From Eubacteriales bacterium (lineage in GTDB: Bacteria > Bacillota > Clostridia > Oscillospirales > CAG-272), in contig JAZNDS010000038.1 of assembly GCA_045588145.1 (NCBI GenBank), positions 882 to 64,881 of the forward strand: a stretch of DNA of 64,000 nt, written 5' to 3'. This document shows, piece after piece, positions 26,176-34,203 of the stretch. Below the pieces are notes generated by a model. That model saw only the letters and a list, made by a program, of their open reading frames with translations. It was not told where the DNA came from and made no database searches. How positions within the stretch are numbered: the stretch's first letter is position 1; each line of letters opens with the position of its first letter. The translations under genes were made by a program, and so were the position numbers.

Positions 26176-28935
26176 TTATTTTTTCTTCTCGGGCACGAAG
26201 GGGAAGCTTTCTCCCTCTTCATACCGCACCCAGCCGAAGCAACCGGGGGTCAGGTAGCTCTTGCCGAGGTGATACATGGGATGCGGCTCGTACTCCCACA
26301 TGTGGGGCGCCCAGGAGCGGACCTGCAGCTTGAAGGGACGGCGGACCTTGATGCCGAAATCCTTCTTCTTCAGCGTCAGGCGGACGCGGCGGACGTCTCC
26401 CTCCTCCCACGGAAGATCGGTGATCTTCCACTTGGCAAGCTCCTTCGCCTTTTCCTCGGGCGGGTAGCAGGACCAATGCTCGCTGATATGATAGCCATTG
26501 ACCGAGGATCTGACCTTTTTACCATCCCCGAAGACGACACAGACGCCGGGGCCCGTGACCTTAAAGAGCTCAAACTCCGGCCAGACGGTGATGCGCTGCC
26601 CATCGGGCGAGCGAAGGTCGATATACAGATTTTTCTCGTCCTCGGCAATGCGGAAGCCGGTGGTGTTATCGTCAAGATACTCCCATTCGGCGTCCTCTAT
26701 ACCACCCTTTTTGATGGTATAGGTATGATTGCAGTCGGGCTCAACACCCAGGTAGTATTCAAGCGGCGGCAGTCCCTGCTCGACGCGCGCTTCGACCTCG
26801 ACGAACTCGGTTTGAAGCAGGGTCTTCAGCGTGCCGATGCGGTGGCGCAGCTTTTCGGGGAAGAACTTGAAGCCCTCGGCCTCCGAATGGTACCCAAGGC
26901 GCAGGTCGTTCTCGCACAGGGCGATCATGGTCTCGCTTTGCTTGATCTCGTCCTCGCAAAGCGTGCGCATTTTGGCCAGCAGCTTCTTGGGATCGCCTTC
27001 GCCAATGCCCAGCTTGTCGCGCAGGTGATAGAATTCCATAATATTCTTCGTGCTGCGGCAAAGCGTTAAGAAGGCGCCCGAGACCGACAGAAGATCGGTC
27101 AGCTTGTCGCCGGCGCTCCCCGCGATCACGCCAAGCTCGGCCATCGCCTTGCTGTAATAATTCTCCATGCGGGTAAGAAGCGTTAAGATCTCCTCCATCG
27201 TATGACCGATAAGGAAGGAATCGCACACGCGGTCCCCGTCGGGCTTATCGAGCAGCTGCCAGGAGCGGGAGGGGGCGAAGTTCTTCGGCTTCAAGGCAAG
27301 CTCCCACACCACGGCGTCGTGCGCCGGGGAATAGTAGCTGAACATAATGTTCAGGGGATACAGACGGTAGCCCTTTTCAAAGAACTTCCAGGCCCGCACG
27401 ACCGAGTCGGCGACCCCGCGCCCGAAGGAGATCGAGGCCAGGCGACGGAGGAAGGCGTCCTCGTCCCGATACTCGTCGATGAAGGAAAGCTCGCCCGCCG
27501 CCTTACTCATAAAGCAGGGGTAGTTGCCGAAGTACCAGCACTCCATCAAGCCCTCGACGCCCCATTCATAAGCGCCCTTCATCTTCTGGTAGACGCTGCC
27601 GGGGGAGGGCACGTAGGGAAGGGTCGCCACCTCGTGCGAGCAGCAGATCTGCATCTTGGCCCAGAGGTGCTTATTGTTCTTTTTCACCGCCTTGGCGGTC
27701 ATTTCAAACATCTGGCTGGGGCCGGCGTAGGAGAGCCAGTAGTCCATCGCCTGGCGCACCTTGCCCAGCTGCTTTTCGTAGCCCTTGTCGTCAAAGTTCT
27801 GCATCAGCATCACGTCCGAGGGCGCGGTCTCGATATAGCGAAGGATCTCCTTTTCGTCCCAGAGGCGATGACCGTAGGTCCAGCTGACGCAATAGGCATC
27901 GGGCTTGACCGAGCGGATGCCCGCGCGCAGGTTTTCCACGTTCTGCGAAAGCACCTCGCCCTTGGTCATCTTGGCGCAACGGGGGCAAAGGGTATGGTCG
28001 ATCGAGGCGCAGGAGGTCATTCTCTCGCCCGCCGTGATGCTGATAAAGCCGCCAAGATCGGGGCAAAGGGTAAAGAGGTTACGGCCCGATTCGTAGGCGT
28101 ATTGCTTGCCTCTTTCCGAGTGCGGACAGATGGTAGCCACACCGTTTCCGGGGAAGCGGTGGCCGATCATATCGGGGTAATTTTCGGAAACGTCGGCCCA
28201 CATCATCGGCTCGATCGCGAAAACATAGACCTTCACGCCGTATTTTTGGCATTTGGCGATCACACGGTTTAATTTTTCGATGCGCTTTTCGGAATCCACG
28301 CCGTATTCCTTGATGATCGAGGATTTAAGCAGCTGGCGGAAGCTGGTGTAGATCCAAAGGCCGTTGGTGCCGTCGTGCATCAGGCGGTTCAAGTATTCGT
28401 CGGGATAATAATCAATATCGTCCGAAAGCTCGTCGCCGTTCTTCGGGGGGCGGTTGGTGGGGCTGAAGAAGCCGCGGGTGATCCGCTCCTTCATCCAGGG
28501 CTTACGGCTGACAGAGCCAAGCGGAAGCAGCGGCCCCTCGCGGGCGATGATCTCATCCTCGAGATAGATCAGCGCGCGGCGGATGCCCTCGGTATCGTTG
28601 GCGGAAAGGGTACACCCCTCCTCTCCGACCGTAACGGTATACGCCTCAAAGCACGCGGAGGGTGCCTTTTGGAAGCGAATGGGATAGCGCTTTCCCGCGA
28701 TGCCGCACACCGAAAGAAAGCGGTTGAAATCCTCATAGGATTTTTCAAGCAAGCCGTGCCCGTCGGGAAATTCCCCGTCAAGATACAGCCCCGCGACCGA
28801 AACCTCGCCCGCCTCGGGCTCGGTACGGCCAAAGCGCCCCGGCTTATGAGAATGCACGGGGGCCTTTAAGTATTCCACAAAGGCAAGGGGCGGTTGCTTA
28901 CTGAAAAACTCATCCTGGACGATCTGTCTTTTCAT
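26176..28935 (-). CDS. Uncharacterised 919-aa cytoplasmic protein, glycoside-hydrolase-like (N-terminal GH20b/GH67-N-like module, putative barrel, CBM9/DOMON-like C-terminus)
   Basis: No signal peptide. TEGIRRALIYLEDE module. Cys cluster CPHS...CPDL...SCAS...CPRC. C-terminal FRIAEDEKNLYIDL resembles the CBM9-like signature. AAGGAG RBS is present. Confidence 0.8.
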   Translation of the reverse strand: MKRQIVQDEFFSKQPPLAFVEYLKAPVHSHKPGRFGRTEPEAGEVSVAGLYLDGEFPDGHGLLEKSYEDFNRFLSVCGIAGKRYPIRFQKAPSACFEAYTVTVGEEGCTLSANDTEGIRRALIYLEDEIIAREGPLLPLGSVSRKPWMKERITRGFFSPTNRPPKNGDELSDDIDYYPDEYLNRLMHDGTNGLWIYTSFRQLLKSSIIKEYGVDSEKRIEKLNRVIAKCQKYGVKVYVFAIEPMMWADVSENYPDMIGHRFPGNGVATICPHSERGKQYAYESGRNLFTLCPDLGGFISITAGERMTSCASIDHTLCPRCAKMTKGEVLSQNVENLRAGIRSVKPDAYCVSWTYGHRLWDEKEILRYIETAPSDVMLMQNFDDKGYEKQLGKVRQAMDYWLSYAGPSQMFEMTAKAVKKNNKHLWAKMQICCSHEVATLPYVPSPGSVYQKMKGAYEWGVEGLMECWYFGNYPCFMSKAAGELSFIDEYRDEDAFLRRLASISFGRGVADSVVRAWKFFEKGYRLYPLNIMFSYYSPAHDAVVWELALKPKNFAPSRSWQLLDKPDGDRVCDSFLIGHTMEEILTLLTRMENYYSKAMAELGVIAGSAGDKLTDLLSVSGAFLTLCRSTKNIMEFYHLRDKLGIGEGDPKKLLAKMRTLCEDEIKQSETMIALCENDLRLGYHSEAEGFKFFPEKLRHRIGTLKTLLQTEFVEVEARVEQGLPPLEYYLGVEPDCNHTYTIKKGGIEDAEWEYLDDNTTGFRIAEDEKNLYIDLRSPDGQRITVWPEFELFKVTGPGVCVVFGDGKKVRSSVNGYHISEHWSCYPPEEKAKELAKWKITDLPWEEGDVRRVRLTLKKKDFGIKVRRPFKLQVRSWAPHMWEYEPHPMYHLGKSYLTPGCFGWVRYEEGESFPFVPEKKK

Positions 28936-28976
28936 ACGAAGTCTCCTTTTGCTTTTTTCATAAGGCTATCATTAAA

Positions 28977-29005
28977 ATTATACACTTTTTCTTCTTGTAA
29001 ATCAA
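28977..29005 (-). promoter_or_regulatory. Candidate sigma-A promoter for the 919-aa gene
   Basis: Minus strand reads TTGATT-N17-TATAAT. Confidence 0.55.
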
Positions 29006-29094
29006 GGAAAAAGCAAAAAGTGTCTTTGTTAAAAAGGTAGAAAAAGAACGCGATTTTTGGTGATATCGCCGACAAGCAAAAGGTGCGAAATTCC

Positions 29095-29123
29095 TTGACG
29101 GCGCAACCGCTTTTTGCTATAAT
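29095..29123 (+). promoter_or_regulatory. Candidate sigma-A promoter for lipoprotein paralog B
   Basis: TTGACG-N17-TATAAT with a TGc extended -10. Confidence 0.6.
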
Positions 29124-29159
29124 TAAAGCAGTAGAATTATAACCCGAAAGGATTTTGAT

Positions 29160-32100
29160 ATGAAAAAAGCTCTTTTTCGCCTTTTGGCCCTTGCCTTAAC
29201 GCTTGGCATGCTCTTGCCGCTTGCGGCCTGCACGCCTTCAACACCACCCGATGCAACGACCACCACGCCACCCCCGACGACAACGGGGCCGCTTGTGACG
29301 ACCGACCCGCACCGCACCGACCCCGGTGTGCTTTCCTTCGCGGCGATCGGTGACCTTGCCGATTACAGCATCGTGATCGCGGAAAGCGCCGAGGACGGGG
29401 TGATCGAGGCTGCCCAAGCCCTTTCGGCCCTTCTTCTGGAAAAGACGGGGGTCTCGGTGGCGGTAAAGAGTGACGCCGTTGCCTACGGCGAAAGCGTTCC
29501 CACCGACACGAAGGAGATCCTTTTCGGCGCGACCAACCGCGCGGAAAGCTTTGATACGCTTCGCTGCAACGACTTCCGCATCGAAAAGCGCGGCGGGCGC
29601 ATCGTGATGGCGGGCGGCAGCAAGGAGGCCCTCTCCGCCCTTGTCGAGGAGCTTTCGGGGGTGGACGCCTTCTTCCAAAACGGCGTTCTGATGGCCCCCC
29701 TGGCCGCCTACGATTTTTGCGACGCATACGCGATCGAGACCCTGCTTCTCGGCGGCACCGATGTTTCAAAATACACCATCGTGCGGGACAGCGGGCACGC
29801 CGATACCGCCCGTCACCTGCAGGAAAAGATCCGCGAGTGGACCGGCCACGTGCTTCCCATTGTGACCGAGCATGGGAAGGAAACCGTCTACGAGATCCTT
29901 ATCGGATACATTGAGCGGGACGGAGCCACCTACCCGACCGACGAATCCTTTTCGGTCAAGCAGGTGGGCACCAAGCTGCTGCTTGGGGGAACGGCGGAAT
30001 ACGCCGGGTATTTTGCCACCCTGCATTTCTTGAACACCTATATCCTTTCGGCCCCCACCGCCTCGACCCTTTCGGTCGCGGTCCGCGAGGAAGTAAAGCG
30101 CTTCTCTCCCGATCTTACGGGGGTCACGAATATGCCCGCGTTTACCGATTTCCGCGGCGACTACTCCCTGGAGGTCTCGGCCGAGACGGTCTTTGAGCGC
30201 TTCCTGCTCGCGAAGGCGGAGCTGCCCGACGAGATGACGGTCCTTGAGCGGGTCGATATCAAAAACTATCCCTTCAGCGAGAAGAAGGCGGTCTACGTCA
30301 ACGCGAGCAAGGGGGATGACGCAAACGACGGGCTTTCCCCCGAAACCGCCTTTGAGACGATCGCCCGGGCGCTGAAATACATGGAAGAAAAGAAGGGCGG
30401 CGTTATCTACGTCATGGGCGGCGTTTACGAGCTGGAGGCCCCGCTCTCCATCCTCGGCGGACACGCCGGCACGCCGACCTGCCCCCTCTTTATCAAGGCA
30501 TACGGTGACAAGGAGGCCACCCTGACCTCCAACAAGCAATGGGCGGATTATGACAGCGGCGCCTGGCAGGTGGTCGATTACGAGACCGACCCCGTAGCCG
30601 CCCGCATTCCCGAGCGCGTGAAGGAAAGCGGCGACGACATCTATTATTCGACGCTTGCGGACCTTGGCCTTACCAAGAGCGATATCGCCGAGATCTCCAA
30701 AAGCAGCCCGAATCCCCGCCTTTCGGTCGGGGGCGCCGCCTACACGCTGGCGCAGTTCCCGAACAATACCGACAACACGCTCGACTGGTTCTATTTCACC
30801 CATACCTACGAGATGGGCTCGGTCACCAATATCCAAAGCCCGCTTTATCACCAGTGGCTCTCGTACTGCGGAACGGCCGGGATCTCCCCCTCGCAGACCA
30901 TCGGCTGGCAGATCCGCGTGATCAACGAAAAGGACGATGCCAAGTATAAGAACTCCGAAGGGGAATGCACCGCCCAGGAGATGGCCGACGAGCTTACCTC
31001 GTGGGTCAACACGGGGAACATCTGGTGCTACGGAAACCTGTACGCCGGCTGGGAGAACGGATACTACAACCTTTCCGTGAACGAGGAGGGGATCCAGAAC
31101 TGGCACTACGGCCCGAACGGCGAGCGCCTGCTGGGTGGCTGGCGGAACGACGCGAACGGCATCACGAAAACCGTCTATACCCGCAACGGCACGGCCAGCG
31201 AGCAGACGGGGTACTATTTCCTGAAATCGAAGCAGCCCTGCAGCTACGGCTGCGCCCCCGGCTCCAACTCGGCCGCCGGGCGGAACACGCTGTATTTCTA
31301 CAACGCGATCGAGGCGCTGGACATCCCCGGCGAATGGTTCTATGACATAGAGACCGGCATCGTCTACCTCTACCCGACCGACGAATTCTTCGGCGGCGCG
31401 ATCGAGTACGCGGGCGCCGGCAGCTTCCCCCTGATCGAGGCCGCGCAGACCTCGTACGTGGTGGTCGACGGGCTGACCTTTAACGGAAGCAACTCCCACG
31501 GGGCCAGCTTCACCAAGTGCGATCACATCACCGTGCAGAACTGTACCTTCTCCAACACGAAAAGCAACAACCTGTATCAGACGAACTGCACAAATTTCTC
31601 GCTGATCTACAACGATTTCTCGCTTTCCCAGGGGGCGATGGTCTCCTTCGGCGCCTCGAACTACGATACCTCCCGCCCCAACCTTTCGGTGACCAATAAC
31701 TACGTCCAGAATAACGTCTTCCACGATTCGGCCCCCTTCCGGGATACAGGGCTCACCTTCGGCGGCAGCCACGTGGTCGTTTCGCACAATTTCTTCCATA
31801 ACACCACGATCCACACGGGCTACGCCATCGAATCGATCGTGGAATACAACCGCTTTGACGGCGGAAGCAAAACGACGACCGACGGCGGTATGATCTACTT
31901 CTCGACCTACGGCACGCGCGGCAACCACGTGCGAAACAACCTGATGCACCGCTTTAACGCGTCGGGTAAGGGGGTCTACTTCGACACCGAGACCAGCGGC
32001 TGCTACGCCTATAACAACATCATCTCCACCATGGAGGGAAAGACCCAATCGATCATGCGCCCCTGGTATTCTTCAACCGGGAACGGCAACGTCTGCTTTG

Positions 32101-33128
32101 AGAACATCATCATCATGCGCAACCCGAACGAATGCGCGAACGCGGGTCTTTCGGGAGGAGACGAGGCACTCAACGAATCCTTCTCCGGCGCCTCGGACCG
32201 TATCCATCAGTCCGCCCTCTTCTATTACGCCTGGTCGGATAACGGCTATATCCAGGGCAACAACCCGCGCCGCTATATCTTCAGCTATAACGAGGCGAAG
32301 GAGGCAGGGCTGCTTGGAGAGGACGATATGCAGAAGTTCGTGGACGCCATCGGGATCAACGGCCGAGCCTCCTTCTATCAGGCCGAGCACGGCGGCGAAA
32401 GCTGGATGAACGAATGCCGCAAGCAGATCAGCATGTACCTGGAAAGCTACGACCGCGAGGCCTACACAAGCCGCTTCCCGGGGTATATCAACTCGCTTTA
32501 CAGCCTGAAGATGATCGTCGAGATGTACGAAACGACCGAGGATTATCACATCCGCTACTTCTACATGCCCGCCGAGCTTTCGAACATGACCCACACCTTC
32601 AAGCTCCCCGAAGGGACGCTTGTGACCATTCCTACTTATCAATATAAGGAAAACAACGTCATAAAGACCGTGCCGCAGCGCACCGTCACCCCCGAAGAGG
32701 TGGGCAGCGAATGGGTGCTTACCCTCACCTACGAGGAGATCGCCTCGATCGAGCGGATGGAGCGTGCCCCCTGCAACAGCGTGATCTCGAACAACGTGAT
32801 CCTCGGCGGCACCCCGGCCGAGCTGAATAAGGACGGCCAGCCGGTCGGCACCGACGTAGACGAAAGCAAGACCATCGTCGTTGCCGAAACGAAGGGCTTT
32901 GACATTCAGGCCTCCACCATACAGGAGAACAACTTCCTCTACTTCGTTCCCTCCGATATCGTGGCCTCTCTTGAGGATTACGACTATACGATCGACGACG
33001 GCACATGGGATTGGATCGAGCGGACGATGAACATGGGAGAGGGCTTCCGTGACGGCTTTATGCCGATGTTCGAAGCGACCTTCGGTCTTTCCGACAAAAA
33101 ATTCGACTATTTCCAATACGACGACTGA
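29160..33128 (+). CDS. Large surface lipoprotein with right-handed parallel beta-helix region, paralog B
   Basis: Lipobox LPLAAC followed by a Thr/Pro-rich linker. Long colinear identity blocks with paralog A, for example GWQIRVINEKD, NSAAGRNT, IPGEWFYDIETGI and EKMERAPCN/ERMERAPCN. Confidence 0.85.
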   Translation: MKKALFRLLALALTLGMLLPLAACTPSTPPDATTTTPPPTTTGPLVTTDPHRTDPGVLSFAAIGDLADYSIVIAESAEDGVIEAAQALSALLLEKTGVSVAVKSDAVAYGESVPTDTKEILFGATNRAESFDTLRCNDFRIEKRGGRIVMAGGSKEALSALVEELSGVDAFFQNGVLMAPLAAYDFCDAYAIETLLLGGTDVSKYTIVRDSGHADTARHLQEKIREWTGHVLPIVTEHGKETVYEILIGYIERDGATYPTDESFSVKQVGTKLLLGGTAEYAGYFATLHFLNTYILSAPTASTLSVAVREEVKRFSPDLTGVTNMPAFTDFRGDYSLEVSAETVFERFLLAKAELPDEMTVLERVDIKNYPFSEKKAVYVNASKGDDANDGLSPETAFETIARALKYMEEKKGGVIYVMGGVYELEAPLSILGGHAGTPTCPLFIKAYGDKEATLTSNKQWADYDSGAWQVVDYETDPVAARIPERVKESGDDIYYSTLADLGLTKSDIAEISKSSPNPRLSVGGAAYTLAQFPNNTDNTLDWFYFTHTYEMGSVTNIQSPLYHQWLSYCGTAGISPSQTIGWQIRVINEKDDAKYKNSEGECTAQEMADELTSWVNTGNIWCYGNLYAGWENGYYNLSVNEEGIQNWHYGPNGERLLGGWRNDANGITKTVYTRNGTASEQTGYYFLKSKQPCSYGCAPGSNSAAGRNTLYFYNAIEALDIPGEWFYDIETGIVYLYPTDEFFGGAIEYAGAGSFPLIEAAQTSYVVVDGLTFNGSNSHGASFTKCDHITVQNCTFSNTKSNNLYQTNCTNFSLIYNDFSLSQGAMVSFGASNYDTSRPNLSVTNNYVQNNVFHDSAPFRDTGLTFGGSHVVVSHNFFHNTTIHTGYAIESIVEYNRFDGGSKTTTDGGMIYFSTYGTRGNHVRNNLMHRFNASGKGVYFDTETSGCYAYNNIISTMEGKTQSIMRPWYSSTGNGNVCFENIIIMRNPNECANAGLSGGDEALNESFSGASDRIHQSALFYYAWSDNGYIQGNNPRRYIFSYNEAKEAGLLGEDDMQKFVDAIGINGRASFYQAEHGGESWMNECRKQISMYLESYDREAYTSRFPGYINSLYSLKMIVEMYETTEDYHIRYFYMPAELSNMTHTFKLPEGTLVTIPTYQYKENNVIKTVPQRTVTPEEVGSEWVLTLTYEEIASIERMERAPCNSVISNNVILGGTPAELNKDGQPVGTDVDESKTIVVAETKGFDIQASTIQENNFLYFVPSDIVASLEDYDYTIDDGTWDWIERTMNMGEGFRDGFMPMFEATFGLSDKKFDYFQYDD

Positions 33129-33138
33129 CAAAAAGCAA

Positions 33139-33170
33139 AAAAGAGCAGAACCGCGGTTCTGCTCTTTTTT
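33139..33170 (+). terminator. Rho-independent terminator
   Basis: AGAGCAGAACC-gc-GGTTCTGCTCT followed by TTTTTT. Confidence 0.8.
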
Positions 33171-33237
33171 CTTGCTTTTCGGATAAGGAATGCCGAGGAA
33201 TATTCAAAGAGGAAACAATCCCCCCGCCCGCCTTTTT

Positions 33238-33266
33238 ATGCACGGCCTTGCCGTGATGATATCCGG
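33238..33266 (-). repeat. REP-family C-module (CACGGC/GCCGTG hairpin plus GATGATAT)
   Basis: TATGCACGGCCTTGCCGTGATGATATCC. Homologous to 9971-9997, 25798-25830 and 43545-43572. Confidence 0.65.
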
Positions 33267-33530
33267 CCCCATCGGGGCTGATGATATGCATCTTCGGGCA
33301 ATGAAACGGTCGAAGAGTAAGCCTTCCCCAGCAGGGGAAGGTGGCGGCGGAGCCGACGGATGAGGTGTGACGAAGCAAAGAAGCGTTGCATGTAGCGAGG
33401 ATATATACGAGGAACCTATGCAAGGATACAGCGGCGATCACCCTCTGCACGGCTATCACAGGAACGCCTCATCCACCGCAAGCGGTCCCCCTTCTCCTTC
33501 CGGAGAAGGCCTCGCTTCGAAGGTTTCTTT

Positions 33531-34195
33531 ACCGTAGGGGCGAGCTTTGCTCGTCCGTTTTAAACGGTAAGCGACACACGACGCCGACAGGTTAGCAAGC
33601 AAAAGCGGCAACGCCGTAGAACCCTACGGCGATTTGAGCGAGTCGAACGACAACCGTAGGGGCGAGCATTGCTCGTCCGTTTTAAACGGTAAGCGACACA
33701 CGACGCCGACAGGTTAGCAAGCGAGGGGGGGATGGCATAGATGACCTATGTCAAGCCCCCTCGTCGCAGCTTTAACGAAGATCTCGAATAAAAGAAATTT
33801 CTGTAAGACGAGGCGTAAGGGTGCAAAAGAGGCGACGACGTAGAAGCCTACGGCGATTTGAGTGAACCGAGCGACAACGAAGTACTTGAGTAGAAGAAAT
33901 TTTGCCGGGCGAGGCAAAGCAAGCGAGGGGGGCGATGGCATAGATGACCTATGTCAAGCCCCCCTCGTCAAAGCCTTAACGAAGATCTCGAATAAAAGAA
34001 ATTTCTGTAAGACGAGGCGTAAGGGTGCAAAAGCGGCAACGCCGTAGAACCCTACGGCGATTTGAGTGAACCGAGCGACAACGAAGTACTTGAGTAGAAG
34101 AAATTTTGCCGGGCGAGACAAAGCGAGCGCGGGTGGTGAAGGCATAGATGACCTATGTCAAGCCCCCCTCGTCGCAGCTTTAACGAAGCATCGCG
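33531..34195. repeat. Mosaic/tandem repeat block: 68-bp unit repeated twice, then about 2.3 copies of a ~204-bp unit
   Basis: GGCATAGATGACCTATGTCAAGCC recurs at 33734, 33937 and 34141. The block 33531-33600 is near-identical to 33653-33722. AAAAGCGGCAACGCCGTAGAACCCTACGGCGATTTGAG occurs at 33601 and 34030. Confidence 0.85.
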
Positions 34196-34203
34196 GAATT
34201 TAT

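Noticed and set aside
29137-29769. Arg/Pro-rich 210-aa ORF on the minus strand across the promoter and 5' end of lipoprotein B.
   Set aside because: Its extreme Arg/Pro/Gly composition marks it as an antisense shadow of the Thr/Pro-rich linker region.
23392-33131. Very long minus-strand ORFs 23392..25710 (772 aa), 29766..32048 (760 aa) and 32073..33131, plus + strand ORFs 26140..27069 and 27202..28272.
   Set aside because: They are antisense to the two lipoprotein genes and the 919-aa gene. The sense frames have signal peptides, RBSs, promoters and mutual paralogy. The antisense frames are Gly/Val/Arg/Ala-rich with no start context.
33714-34145. ORFs 33714..33941(-), 33954..34145(-) and 33862..34047(+), which could be taken as a duplicated small gene. 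The 204-bp periodicity also raised the question of a CRISPR-like array.
   Set aside because: They are read-throughs of the tandem repeat on both strands. The period (~204 bp) and the lack of short conserved repeats with unique spacers exclude CRISPR, and no cas genes are present.
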